Below are positions 9,140 through 16,850 of a stretch of DNA of 64,000 nt, piece after piece. The first letter of the stretch is position 1. Each line of letters begins with the position of its first letter. A model generated the notes under the pieces. That model did not search any database, was not told the origin of the DNA, and saw nothing but the letters and a program-made list of their open reading frames with translations. The position numbers and the translations under genes are program-made. The DNA is from Chlamydiales bacterium (GTDB taxonomy: Bacteria > Chlamydiota > Chlamydiia > Chlamydiales > SM23-39): contig JANQFC010000077.1 of assembly GCA_028278035.1 (NCBI GenBank), positions 73,323 through 137,322 of the forward strand, read 5' to 3'.

Positions 9140-9340
9140 CTAAAACCATTTCTGACCAAAAGGTTTGATAAACACATCAGAAATGCCCAAAGCATCTTTA
9201 GTATGAATTTGCCAACGAAGTGTTGTCTCCTTGATAAAAGGATATTTTTTGCAAAACTCTTTTACTCCCAAATAGACAGGTACCTCAAATTGAGCCTTTA
9301 CACCTTGATCTTGATTAATTATTGACTGTGATAAACTCAT
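9140..9340 (-). CDS. Excisionase/AlpA-like HTH DNA-binding protein
   Basis: The likely true start is ATG 9340, preceded by AGGGGAG 6 nt upstream; the track ORF extends to 9433. The 66-aa product carries LGVKEFCKKYPFIKETTLRWQI ... IKPFGQKWF, typical of HTH_17/Xis-like proteins. Confidence 0.55.
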   Translation of the reverse strand: MSLSQSIINQDQGVKAQFEVPVYLGVKEFCKKYPFIKETTLRWQIHTKDALGISDVFIKPFGQKWF

Positions 9341-9498
9341 AACACTCCCCTTTCTTGGAAAATTAAATTGTCTGTTTTTAACAACTGTTTTATATTTGTA
9401 GACAGTATTTTTTGTGTCTACTATCAAGGACAATATTTACTTGATAACAACAATTGATACTACAAGCTACAGTTGTTGGTAATATAAAATTTATATCC

Positions 9499-9523
9499 AG
9501 ACTTTATAAAAATTCTAAAGTCT
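9499..9523. promoter_or_regulatory. Perfect 8-bp inverted repeat AGACTTTA-N9-TAAAGTCT in the divergent promoter region
   Basis: The arms are 9499-9506 and 9516-9523. The repeat ends 17 nt upstream of the ATG at 9540 and lies between divergent genes. Confidence 0.4.
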
Positions 9524-9539
9524 TTAAAAAGAAAATGAT

Positions 9540-10577
9540 ATGACAAAAAAAAATTTTAACCTAAAAAATGAAAAATCAATATCAAATACAGAACCAGCTA
9601 AGGATGTTTTAGATCTTTATCAAGATCATATAACATCTTTTTATGATTCCCTTCTTGTTCAAGAAACATTGAGAAGAAAAGAAAAGAATCTTCCATTCTC
9701 TCAGGCAGAATCAGAAAAATTTTTGAAAGAGATCCAAAAAGCTCTAAAAGGTAAATTAGAAAAATCAAATTCATTTTTAAATAGACAAAATCAAGATAGT
9801 TTTAAAAACCCATTAATTGATAAGGCAAAGAATGAAGGAAAGCTTTCTACTATCAATTTAATGAAAAAAACTTCAATTGAAGATGCCATCTCTGAATGGT
9901 TACTTTCCCTATCCTCCAATACCCTGAAGGGTTATGAAAGAGGTATAAGAGCTCTGATAAGTGAAGGTTACATCCGTTTAGCTGAAAAACAAGACACACT
10001 TAATGCACATCCTCGCACTTTAATCGATTTCTCCAATGTCCCTCACGACTTAATTCTTGAAAAAATTTTCTCCCATGTAACTTGGAGTCCATCAATCAAG
10101 ACGAGAAATGCAACATCTTACAAGAACTTCATCAAGTTCCTGGAGACCAAAACTGAAGGCATTATTACATTTCTTAGAATCAAACCGATGTTCCCTAAAA
10201 ATAAAGAGCCTTCTCCTATCAAAGATTTATCCGCTGATCAAATTAAACAAATTTTGTCTCTTCTTAAAGATGAGAATCTTAGAGATTACTGCCTTGTTTA
10301 CTTATACATATCTTCAGACTTGAAATTATGTGATACTATTAATCTCAGAAAAAAAGATCTAGATCTGAAGAAAAATCAATATGTATGCAGTCTTATACCT
10401 GATTTTCAAAACCTCAGTGATAATGATTATATATTCCGCACAAGGAATGGAAAACCCATTGATCCTATGCAAATTTCTAGAACACTGCAGAGGATTTTTA
10501 AAAAGGTTGGTATATCCGCGGTACCCTTGAAAGATCTAAAAAAATCAGCCGATTTCATAGGAATAGCTTTGAGATAA
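9540..10577 (+). CDS. Tyrosine-recombinase-like protein, catalytically degenerate and C-terminally truncated
   Basis: 345 aa with a SAM-like N-domain (NTLKGYERGIRAL). The box I position reads SSDLKLCD instead of TGLRxSE. The HxLRH position reads KDLKK. The protein stops 11 aa later, before any Tyr nucleophile. Confidence 0.55.
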   Translation: MTKKNFNLKNEKSISNTEPAKDVLDLYQDHITSFYDSLLVQETLRRKEKNLPFSQAESEKFLKEIQKALKGKLEKSNSFLNRQNQDSFKNPLIDKAKNEGKLSTINLMKKTSIEDAISEWLLSLSSNTLKGYERGIRALISEGYIRLAEKQDTLNAHPRTLIDFSNVPHDLILEKIFSHVTWSPSIKTRNATSYKNFIKFLETKTEGIITFLRIKPMFPKNKEPSPIKDLSADQIKQILSLLKDENLRDYCLVYLYISSDLKLCDTINLRKKDLDLKKNQYVCSLIPDFQNLSDNDYIFRTRNGKPIDPMQISRTLQRIFKKVGISAVPLKDLKKSADFIGIALR

Positions 10578-10607
10578 AAAGCCCGTAAGGGTTATTATAT
10601 ACATGGT

Positions 10608-11141
10608 TTGAAAACATCACCATTAAATAAAAGGCCTTTAATGACAACACGTCCTACCATTTCACCAAAGTTAATAGAGCAAGTCAAAATCGAATCAGGA
10701 CATCGATGTGCTATTCCTACATGTTTAAAATTTCCAATTGATGTTCATCACATCATTCCTTACTCAGAGTGTTTAGAACATTCTTTTGATAATTTAATAA
10801 CTCTTTGTACTGAATGTCATGCTAGACATCATCGAACAAAAGAAATTAGTTTAAAAGCGTTACAAACATATAAAAATAATCTAGGATTATTAAATCACCG
10901 ATATGGAGACTTTGAACGAAGATTATTATATTTTTTCTATTTAGAAAAAAAGAAAACAATATTTTTGTCTGTTGGTTTTGAACCTTCAATATTCTTTTTC
11001 CTCCAAGATAATATTATAAAAAAAACTGGGAGAAATAGCGGAGTAAAAACAAGCGGCATATATACATTGGAAGAATACATGTTGACTTCAGATGGAGAGA
11101 AACTGATGGAAAATTTTATGAACGGCCAATTAATTAAATAG
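10608..11141 (+). CDS. HNH endonuclease with an uncharacterised C-terminal domain
   Basis: Motifs are HRCAIPTC...DVHHIIP...NLITLCTECHARHH. An alternative ATG start lies at 10641. Confidence 0.8.
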   Translation: MKTSPLNKRPLMTTRPTISPKLIEQVKIESGHRCAIPTCLKFPIDVHHIIPYSECLEHSFDNLITLCTECHARHHRTKEISLKALQTYKNNLGLLNHRYGDFERRLLYFFYLEKKKTIFLSVGFEPSIFFFLQDNIIKKTGRNSGVKTSGIYTLEEYMLTSDGEKLMENFMNGQLIK

Positions 11142-11218
11142 CCTATATTTAAAGCTCTTACTATCCCTCTTCTCTTGGATATATAACATGGGTAAAGTCC
11201 AAACTTTATAGAGCAGTA

Positions 11219-12166
11219 TTACAAGGAATTACTATCAATAAATTCTACTTTCTCTGAATCTAATCGAAGAATAGCCTTAACTCTATCAATTTTATCTTTT
11301 TTATCCTTTTCAGGATTTTCCTTTTTTATCCGATTAATAATACTAATCTTTTCCCATTTCTTATTTTGGCTTGCGAAAGCAATAGTATTCATTAATTCAT
11401 GGTCATAAATATTGAATGCTAATCCACAAATATATAAATAATCTGCCTGTCTTAACCATTCTTCTGCAAGGATATGATAAGCGAATAATTTATCATAATT
11501 ATTCTTTGATCCATCAAATCTTTCGTAAACTAATTTTAGGACTTCATCTTTGAGATCTTTTTTAACCGAATCAACTAAAGGTTCAATACTTTCTGAAAAC
11601 ACAGAACATTGATAATTTAATTCATTTATAGTTTCAGTTGGAAAAATCATGAGTTGAGGCTCTGTGCACCTTCCATGAAGATAAGCTAAATTTTTAATCT
11701 GTTTATCTCCATTTAGAGTATTATCCCAATTAGTAGTGATTATGGCTGAATCGTAACTATATAATCCTTCACTTTCAAGAAAATCATGACAGCTTTTTCT
11801 CCATTTTATCGCATAATTATCGTTATAACTTTTTCCCATAATTTTTCTGAATGACATTGCCTTGCTTAAATGATGAAGAAGAACAATAATTAGATCTTCT
11901 CCATCAGGCATTTTGGGAGGAATCCATTTTCCTTTAGAAACTAATGCTATTCGTGCAAACCACTCTCTTTCTTCAGCGGCCAAACAACTTAAAGCATGCA
12001 TGGGACCTAATTTAGTTGCATCTGGTAAAAAATAATTACTATTATAATCTTCAGAAAATTTCAGTGCTTGTTCAAGAGGTTCACTTCCATTCTCAATACA
12101 TCCATTTCCAATTAAAAAAACTCTTTTTTTAGCAATATCCTTATTATTTCTCATATTAAACTCCAT
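11219..12166 (-). CDS. Stand-alone SIR2-like (SIR2_2-type) domain protein
   Basis: Landmarks are VFLIGNGCI, IITTNWDNTL, AYLHGRC and YICGLAFNIYDHEL. ATG 12154 is preceded by GGAG and may be the real start. Confidence 0.6.
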   Translation of the reverse strand: MEFNMRNNKDIAKKRVFLIGNGCIENGSEPLEQALKFSEDYNSNYFLPDATKLGPMHALSCLAAEEREWFARIALVSKGKWIPPKMPDGEDLIIVLLHHLSKAMSFRKIMGKSYNDNYAIKWRKSCHDFLESEGLYSYDSAIITTNWDNTLNGDKQIKNLAYLHGRCTEPQLMIFPTETINELNYQCSVFSESIEPLVDSVKKDLKDEVLKLVYERFDGSKNNYDKLFAYHILAEEWLRQADYLYICGLAFNIYDHELMNTIAFASQNKKWEKISIINRIKKENPEKDKKDKIDRVKAILRLDSEKVEFIDSNSL

Positions 12167-12274
12167 TATTAATTTTATTTTTTTTAATAAAGCTCTTCAA
12201 GCAAATTTTTGAAGGTTAATTCTAGCAGCTAAGCTTATATTAATATAATTATCTATACATTTTCATATATCACA

Positions 12275-13349
12275 TCAAACAAAATAATATTCCTTACCAA
12301 ACATCTTCTCATTCATCCTTTCAACAACAAAGCGTGTATGCTCCTCTGTCAAATGAGCATACCTTTTTACCATAACAAGAGTTTTATGGCCCATAGCTTC
12401 TGCTATCTCAGCTAATGTTGCACCATTCATGGCTAAGTAACTGGCAAAGGTATGGCGAAGATCATGGAAGTGAAAGTCAGAAAGATTTGCAAGTTTGGCT
12501 GCTGATTCCCAAGAAGAGCGGATTTGGATAGATTTTGAACCAAAAGTGCTAGGGAAAACAAAAGGACTTAATATCTGACATGACCTATTAGCATATTCCT
12601 TTAGAATATTAAGAGCATGACCTGTAATAGAAACTGTTCTTCTCTCACCATTTTTTGTTTCATGTAAAATTGCTTTGCCCTTTTCCAAATCAATATCCTT
12701 CCATTTAAGATTGAGGATTTCACCTCTTCGCATACCTGTAGCTAATGCAAGAACTACAATTGTATAGAGACAAGGACTTTTACTTGTAAGACAAGCTTGT
12801 AGGAGTCTTTCCTTTTCATCAGGACTAAGAAAACGAATTCTACCTCTTGGCTCTTTGCGTTTTCGTACTTTAGGGACAGGGAGACTCCTTAATCATACCC
12901 CAATCCTCACAAGCAGCCTGAAAAACACATGACAAGGAGCTTCTATAACGATTGAGGGTTGCAGGCGATGCAACTTTTCCACGATAGTTTATTTGTTCGG
13001 ACAATAATTGCAGCTTTTGGGAAATCATAAATGAAGAGATCTTGCCAATAGCAAAACGTCCAAGCTGCTGCTTCCACCATGTAAGCTGTCCAACAAAGGT
13101 TTGGTAATTGCGGGATTCTTTATTTAGAAACTCATTGATATATCTATCGATTACTTCTGATAATGTACATTGTAACGCTTCTGAATTATCAAAATAGGTG
13201 CCCTCCTGCATTGCAGCTTTTGTTTGTATCTCCCACTTCTCTGCCTCTTTTCTGGTTCGAAAGGTTTTCGCTTTTGTGGGATAACCCTTGTTCTTTACGA
13301 TTGCTTGGTAGCGTGGTTTTCCATTTTTATCTTTTCTAGAACGTATCAT
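12275..13349 (-). pseudogene. int: Phage-type tyrosine integrase split by a 1-nt frameshift
   Basis: The N-terminal ORF (13349-12870) ends ...IKESPCP*. The catalytic ORF's frame is open from about 12895 and reads PKVRKRKEPRGRIRFLSPDEKERLL...TGMRRGEILNL...HDLRHTFAS...GHKTLVMVKRYAH. All catalytic boxes are present, but they lie in a frame shifted by 1 nt. Confidence 0.8.
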
Positions 13350-13419
13350 CTCAAACTCCTTTAAATTTGTTTTTCGATGACATTTTCAAACAAAGCAAAA
13401 ACAATACTAAAAATTTTTA

Positions 13420-13452
13420 TTTGTCTGCAATATAATATTTATATCAGACAAA
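13420..13452. promoter_or_regulatory. Inverted repeat TTTGTCTG-N17-CAGACAAA upstream of the integrase
   Basis: Perfect 8-bp arms at 13420-13427 and 13445-13452, about 70-100 nt upstream of the integrase start. Confidence 0.35.
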
Positions 13453-13463
13453 TTTTCTTCGTC

Positions 13464-13483
13464 GGGTGACAAGAGGGTGACAA
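13464..13483. repeat. Tandem direct repeat GGGTGACAA x2 with 11-bp periodicity (candidate arm-type integrase sites)
   Basis: The copies are 13464-13472 and 13475-13483, between the integrase start and the tRNA-Ser 3' end. Confidence 0.4.
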
Positions 13484-13579
13484 AACGCAAAATTACATAT
13501 AAACACAAAACAGCAACACTGCTGTTAGAACTTTACATTTTATTGCTGAGAAGTATGTTTGGACTATAAAAAAGAATTT

Positions 13580-13664
13580 CGGAAGAGGAGGGATTCGAAC
13601 CCCCGGTCCCTTGCGGGACTTCTGTTTTCAAGACAGACGCAATCGGCCACTCTGCCACTCTTCC
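13580..13664 (-). tRNA. tRNA-Ser (anticodon UGA), no encoded CCA
   Basis: I folded it by hand. The acceptor is GGAAGAG/CTCTTCC, the anticodon stem is TCTGT/ACAGA and the loop is CTTGAAA. It has a long variable arm (GTCCCGCAAGGGACC) and T-loop TTCGAAT. Confidence 0.9.
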
Positions 13665-13704
13665 GTAAAAAAGATATTAATATAATAGAAAAAATCTTAA
13701 CAAT

Positions 13705-14736
13705 TTACAAGTCAAATTGTTTTAAAAACCTAAGATCGTTCTCAGTAAAATTTCTAATGTCTTTAATTCCGTATGCAAGCATCGCTAATCTTTCTATTCC
13801 AAATCCTGCTGCATAGCCATAATGCTCTTCCGGATTAATACCACCTGATTTCAAAACCTCAGGATGTATCATACCGGCACCTACTACCTCCAGCCATCCT
13901 GTATATTTACAAATTTTACAGCCCTGACCGGAACAAATAATACATTTAATGTCCCCTTCCATTCCGGGCTCTACAAAAGGAAAATAACTCGGTCTATATC
14001 TAGTTTCTATTTTTTTATTAAAAAGCTTTGCCCAAAATTCGTCCATTGTAGCAAATAGATCAGCAAAACTAACTTTCTTATCTATATAAAAAAGCTCTAT
14101 TTGATGAAAAAACACATGAGACCTAGCTGATATAGTTTCATTTCTAAAACATCTGCCCGGAGCAATACATCTGATCGGCGGTTTGATCTTTTCCATTACC
14201 CTTACTTGAGTATTGCTGGTATGAGTCCTTAAAAGCATTTCTTCAGTTAAATAAAAGGTATCCTGCATATCTCTTGCAGGATGATCTTTAGCAAAATTCA
14301 ATCCTTCAAAATTATAAAAATCAGAATCTACATTAGGTCCAATTTCTACTGAAAATCCCATAGATACTAAAATATCTATAGCTTTATTAAGCATTAACGT
14401 AATGGGATGATTTCTTCCCCAATATTTTCTTCGACCGGGAAGCGTAATATCGATATTTTCAGATTTAAGTTTTATTGATTCTTCTTCTAATAAAAGTCTT
14501 TTCAAAGAATTTTCCAGATGAGAAGTGACTTCTGTTTTGAGATCATTGATCTGCTTGCCAAATAAAGGCTTTTCATCTTTGCTTGCATTTTTTAAAAATA
14601 AGATCAAGCTTTGAAGCAAGCCTTTTTTACCTAGATACTTAATTTTCAGATTCTCAATACATTTAGATGTTTTTGCTTTTTTTAAATCCTGCAAAAACTC
14701 TTCTCTGATTTTACTAATTTCAGTGTTCAGCGTCAT
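13705..14736 (-). CDS. pheS: Phenylalanine--tRNA ligase alpha subunit
   Basis: 343 aa with class II motifs (FRNE..., GFGIERLAML). Confidence 0.95.
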   Translation of the reverse strand: MTLNTEISKIREEFLQDLKKAKTSKCIENLKIKYLGKKGLLQSLILFLKNASKDEKPLFGKQINDLKTEVTSHLENSLKRLLLEEESIKLKSENIDITLPGRRKYWGRNHPITLMLNKAIDILVSMGFSVEIGPNVDSDFYNFEGLNFAKDHPARDMQDTFYLTEEMLLRTHTSNTQVRVMEKIKPPIRCIAPGRCFRNETISARSHVFFHQIELFYIDKKVSFADLFATMDEFWAKLFNKKIETRYRPSYFPFVEPGMEGDIKCIICSGQGCKICKYTGWLEVVGAGMIHPEVLKSGGINPEEHYGYAAGFGIERLAMLAYGIKDIRNFTENDLRFLKQFDL

Positions 14737-14766
14737 GTATAATAAATTTTATAAATACCAAATAAT

Positions 14767-15126
14767 CTAAGCAACTAATGCTTTTTTCGCACTATTTACA
14801 ACTTCTGTAAATGCAGCTGGATCGTTCATTGCAAGGTTTGCTAATACTTTTCTATTAATAGTACATCCTGCTTTTTTCAATCCATTAATGAACTTGTTAT
14901 AACTCATACCGTTTATTTTTGCAGCAACATTAATCCTAATTATCCATAGCTTTCTAAAATCGCTTTTTTTCTTTTTTCTATGAATATAATTATAGGCAAG
15001 AGCTTTCATAACAGCATCTTTAGTAAGACGAATATGGTTTTTTCTATCACCATAAAAGCCTTTTGCCATTTTCAAGATTCTCTTTCTTCTTTTGCGTGAA
15101 GCTACAGCATTTGTAACCCTAGCCAT
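14767..15126 (-). CDS. rplT: 50S ribosomal protein L20
   Basis: 119 aa, beginning MARVTNAVASRKRRKRILK... Confidence 0.95.
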   Translation of the reverse strand: MARVTNAVASRKRRKRILKMAKGFYGDRKNHIRLTKDAVMKALAYNYIHRKKKKSDFRKLWIIRINVAAKINGMSYNKFINGLKKAGCTINRKVLANLAMNDPAAFTEVVNSAKKALVA

Positions 15127-15151
15127 TTTTTTACTCCGTTTTTATTAATTT

Positions 15152-15349
15152 CTAAGCAAAACCTAATAGTCTTGAATATGTTTTTAAATGTGTTTTATTC
15201 AACATTTCGCTTTTACTAAGTCTTCTTTTTCTATTAGAAGATTTTTTAGTTAAAATATGTCGTTTATTAGGTTTTGTTCTTTTTAATTGTCCAGTTTTTG
15301 TTTTTTTAAAGCGTGATTTGATCGCTTTTTTAGTTTTCATTTTAGGCAC
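15152..15349 (-). CDS. rpmI: 50S ribosomal protein L35
   Basis: GTG 15349 follows GGAG and gives (M)[16 protein letters not shown]. It overlaps the infC 3' end by 8 nt. The track ORF is extended at its 5' end. Confidence 0.9.
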   Translation of the reverse strand: MPKMKTKKAIKSRFKKTKTGQLKRTKPNKRHILTKKSSNRKRRLSKSEMLNKTHLKTYSRLLGFA

Positions 15350-15869
15350 TTTTTTTCTCCTTAATTTTTTTACTACCAAGAGGTGCTATTACTGTAGTAA
15401 TCGATCGTCCCATTAATTTAATTGGAGCTTCTACCTGAGCTATATTTTCAAGATCATCTATTAATCTTTGAACTACTTTTTTACCCAACTCTGTATGAAG
15501 CATTTCTCTTCCTCTAAAAGCACATGTAATTCTTACTTTATATCCTTTTTCAATAAACTCTTTAGCATGTTTTTCTTTAGTTAAAAAATCATGCGTATCA
15601 ATATTTGGCTTGAATTTAATTTCTTTTACTTTTACCTGATGCTGCGATTTCTTACTTTCTTTTTCTTTTTTTATCTGTTGGTATTTGTACTTGCCAAAAT
15701 CAATAATTTTACAAACCGGCGGGTTAGCATTAGGTGAAATCTCAACTAAATCTAAATTTTCCTCTTCTGCTAGCTTTAATGCTTCTCTAGGATGCATTAT
15801 TCCTAATTGCTTTCCGTCGCTTCCAATAACTCTTATTTTATCAGCTCGGATCTGTCTATTTATTCTCAA
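15342..15869 (-). CDS. infC: Translation initiation factor IF-3 with a non-AUG start
   Basis: The product begins [22 protein letters not shown]... The only in-frame start candidates after an upstream TAA are ATT (15872-15870) and TTG (15869-15867), behind SD AGGTGA. Confidence 0.9.
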   Translation of the reverse strand: MRINRQIRADKIRVIGSDGKQLGIMHPREALKLAEEENLDLVEISPNANPPVCKIIDFGKYKYQQIKKEKESKKSQHQVKVKEIKFKPNIDTHDFLTKEKHAKEFIEKGYKVRITCAFRGREMLHTELGKKVVQRLIDDLENIAQVEAPIKLMGRSITTVIAPLGSKKIKEKKSA

Positions 15870-16136
15870 AATTTAATCACCTAATTTTCAATTTTTTTTT
15901 ACCTTGTTAAACATACACATTTCAAGGCTCTAAAAAACTATATATTAAAGCATAACTGCCTTTTTTAATATATTGAAACTTATACCTTATTAGGTAAGTT
16001 TTCTATATCTATAAGCCTATTTTTAAACATTTCTTGCTTTAAAGCTAAAATATTAAGGATTTTATTATTGAATTTCAAGTAAGATTTACAACTCAAAAAA
16101 AATTTTATTCATTTTAAAATATTTTTTTCCAAAAAA

Positions 16137-16210
16137 TGGGATATAGCTGACTCGAACAGCTGACCTCCACCATGTCAAGGTGGCGCTCTAACCAACTGAG
16201 CTAATACCCC
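16137..16210 (-). tRNA. tRNA-Val (anticodon GAC), no encoded CCA
   Basis: Hand fold: acceptor GGGGTAT/ATATCCC, D arm GCTC/GAGC, anticodon stem CCACC/GGTGG with loop TTGACAT, and T arm AGCTG/CAGCT with loop TTCGAGT. Confidence 0.9.
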
Positions 16211-16274
16211 AAATTAATTGGAAAATATTTTAATACATGGGTATTATTGCTAGCAATATTTTTTAAAGTTTTAT

Positions 16275-16850
16275 ATGAAAAATAAATATAGATTTTCACC
16301 ACACTTAAAAATAGCTCACAGCTATTGGCAAACATTTTTACAAAGAAATGATGTTGTCATAGACGCTACCTGCGGCAATGGTCAAGACACCTTATTTTTA
16401 GCATCTTTACTTCAATTAAAAAAAATTTATGGGTTTGATATTCAAGCCCAAGCTATTGAAAATACTCAAAAATTACTCAAGAAAAATTTAAATAAAGATA
16501 TTTTGAAAAACATTTTTTTATTTAATGTTTCTCACATAGATTTTTCAAAATATATTAAAGAAAAAGCAAATTTAATTATTTATAACCTCGGTTATTTACC
16601 CAGTGGAAATAAAGCTATAACAACCATGACTGATATAACTATAAAAAGTATTCAATCTGCTTTTTCAATACTAAACAAAAAAGGAGCAATCTGTATTACC
16701 TGCTATCCAGGTCATTTAGAAGGATTAAAAGAAAAAAACGCCATTTTAAATTTTTTAAAAACTTTAGATAATAAAACTTATAATATTTGTCATCATCAGT
16801 GGATAAATAAACAATCTGCACCATCAGTTATTTGGATCTATAAATATTAA
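16275..16850 (+). CDS. YtqB/MnmM-family class I SAM-dependent methyltransferase
   Basis: Motifs are VIDATCGNGQDTLFLA, GFDIQ, YNLGYLPSGNK and CYPGHLEG. Confidence 0.7.
   Translation: MKNKYRFSPHLKIAHSYWQTFLQRNDVVIDATCGNGQDTLFLASLLQLKKIYGFDIQAQAIENTQKLLKKNLNKDILKNIFLFNVSHIDFSKYIKEKANLIIYNLGYLPSGNKAITTMTDITIKSIQSAFSILNKKGAICITCYPGHLEGLKEKNAILNFLKTLDNKTYNICHHQWINKQSAPSVIWIYKY

Larger units (their letters stand above)
1..13579. mobile_element. Genomic island inserted at the 3' end of tRNA-Ser(UGA); the distal boundary is not reached inside the window
   Basis: An integrase gene lies directly 3' of the tRNA. It is followed by about 13 kb of defence, replication and recombination genes with no housekeeping role. 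Conserved core genes begin immediately on the other side of the tRNA. Integrase samples are 43-45% G+C versus 27% in core samples (hand counts of 60-nt stretches). Confidence 0.6.

Noticed and set aside
9077-9325. An 82-aa plus-strand ORF overlapping the Xis-like gene.
   Set aside because: The minus-strand ORF has a strong SD (AGGGGAG) and a recognisable HTH, whereas the plus-strand ORF has neither.
9499-11205. Recurrence of TAAAGT/ACTTTA half-sites, in the inverted repeat at 9499-9523 and in a small hairpin TAAAGT-CCAA-ACTTTA between the HNH and SIR2-like genes.
   Set aside because: A six-base AT-rich word is expected by chance at this composition.
13559-13816. An 85-aa ORF spanning tRNA-Ser and the 3' end of pheS.
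   Set aside because: It overlaps a clean tRNA fold and the antisense of pheS, so it is spurious.
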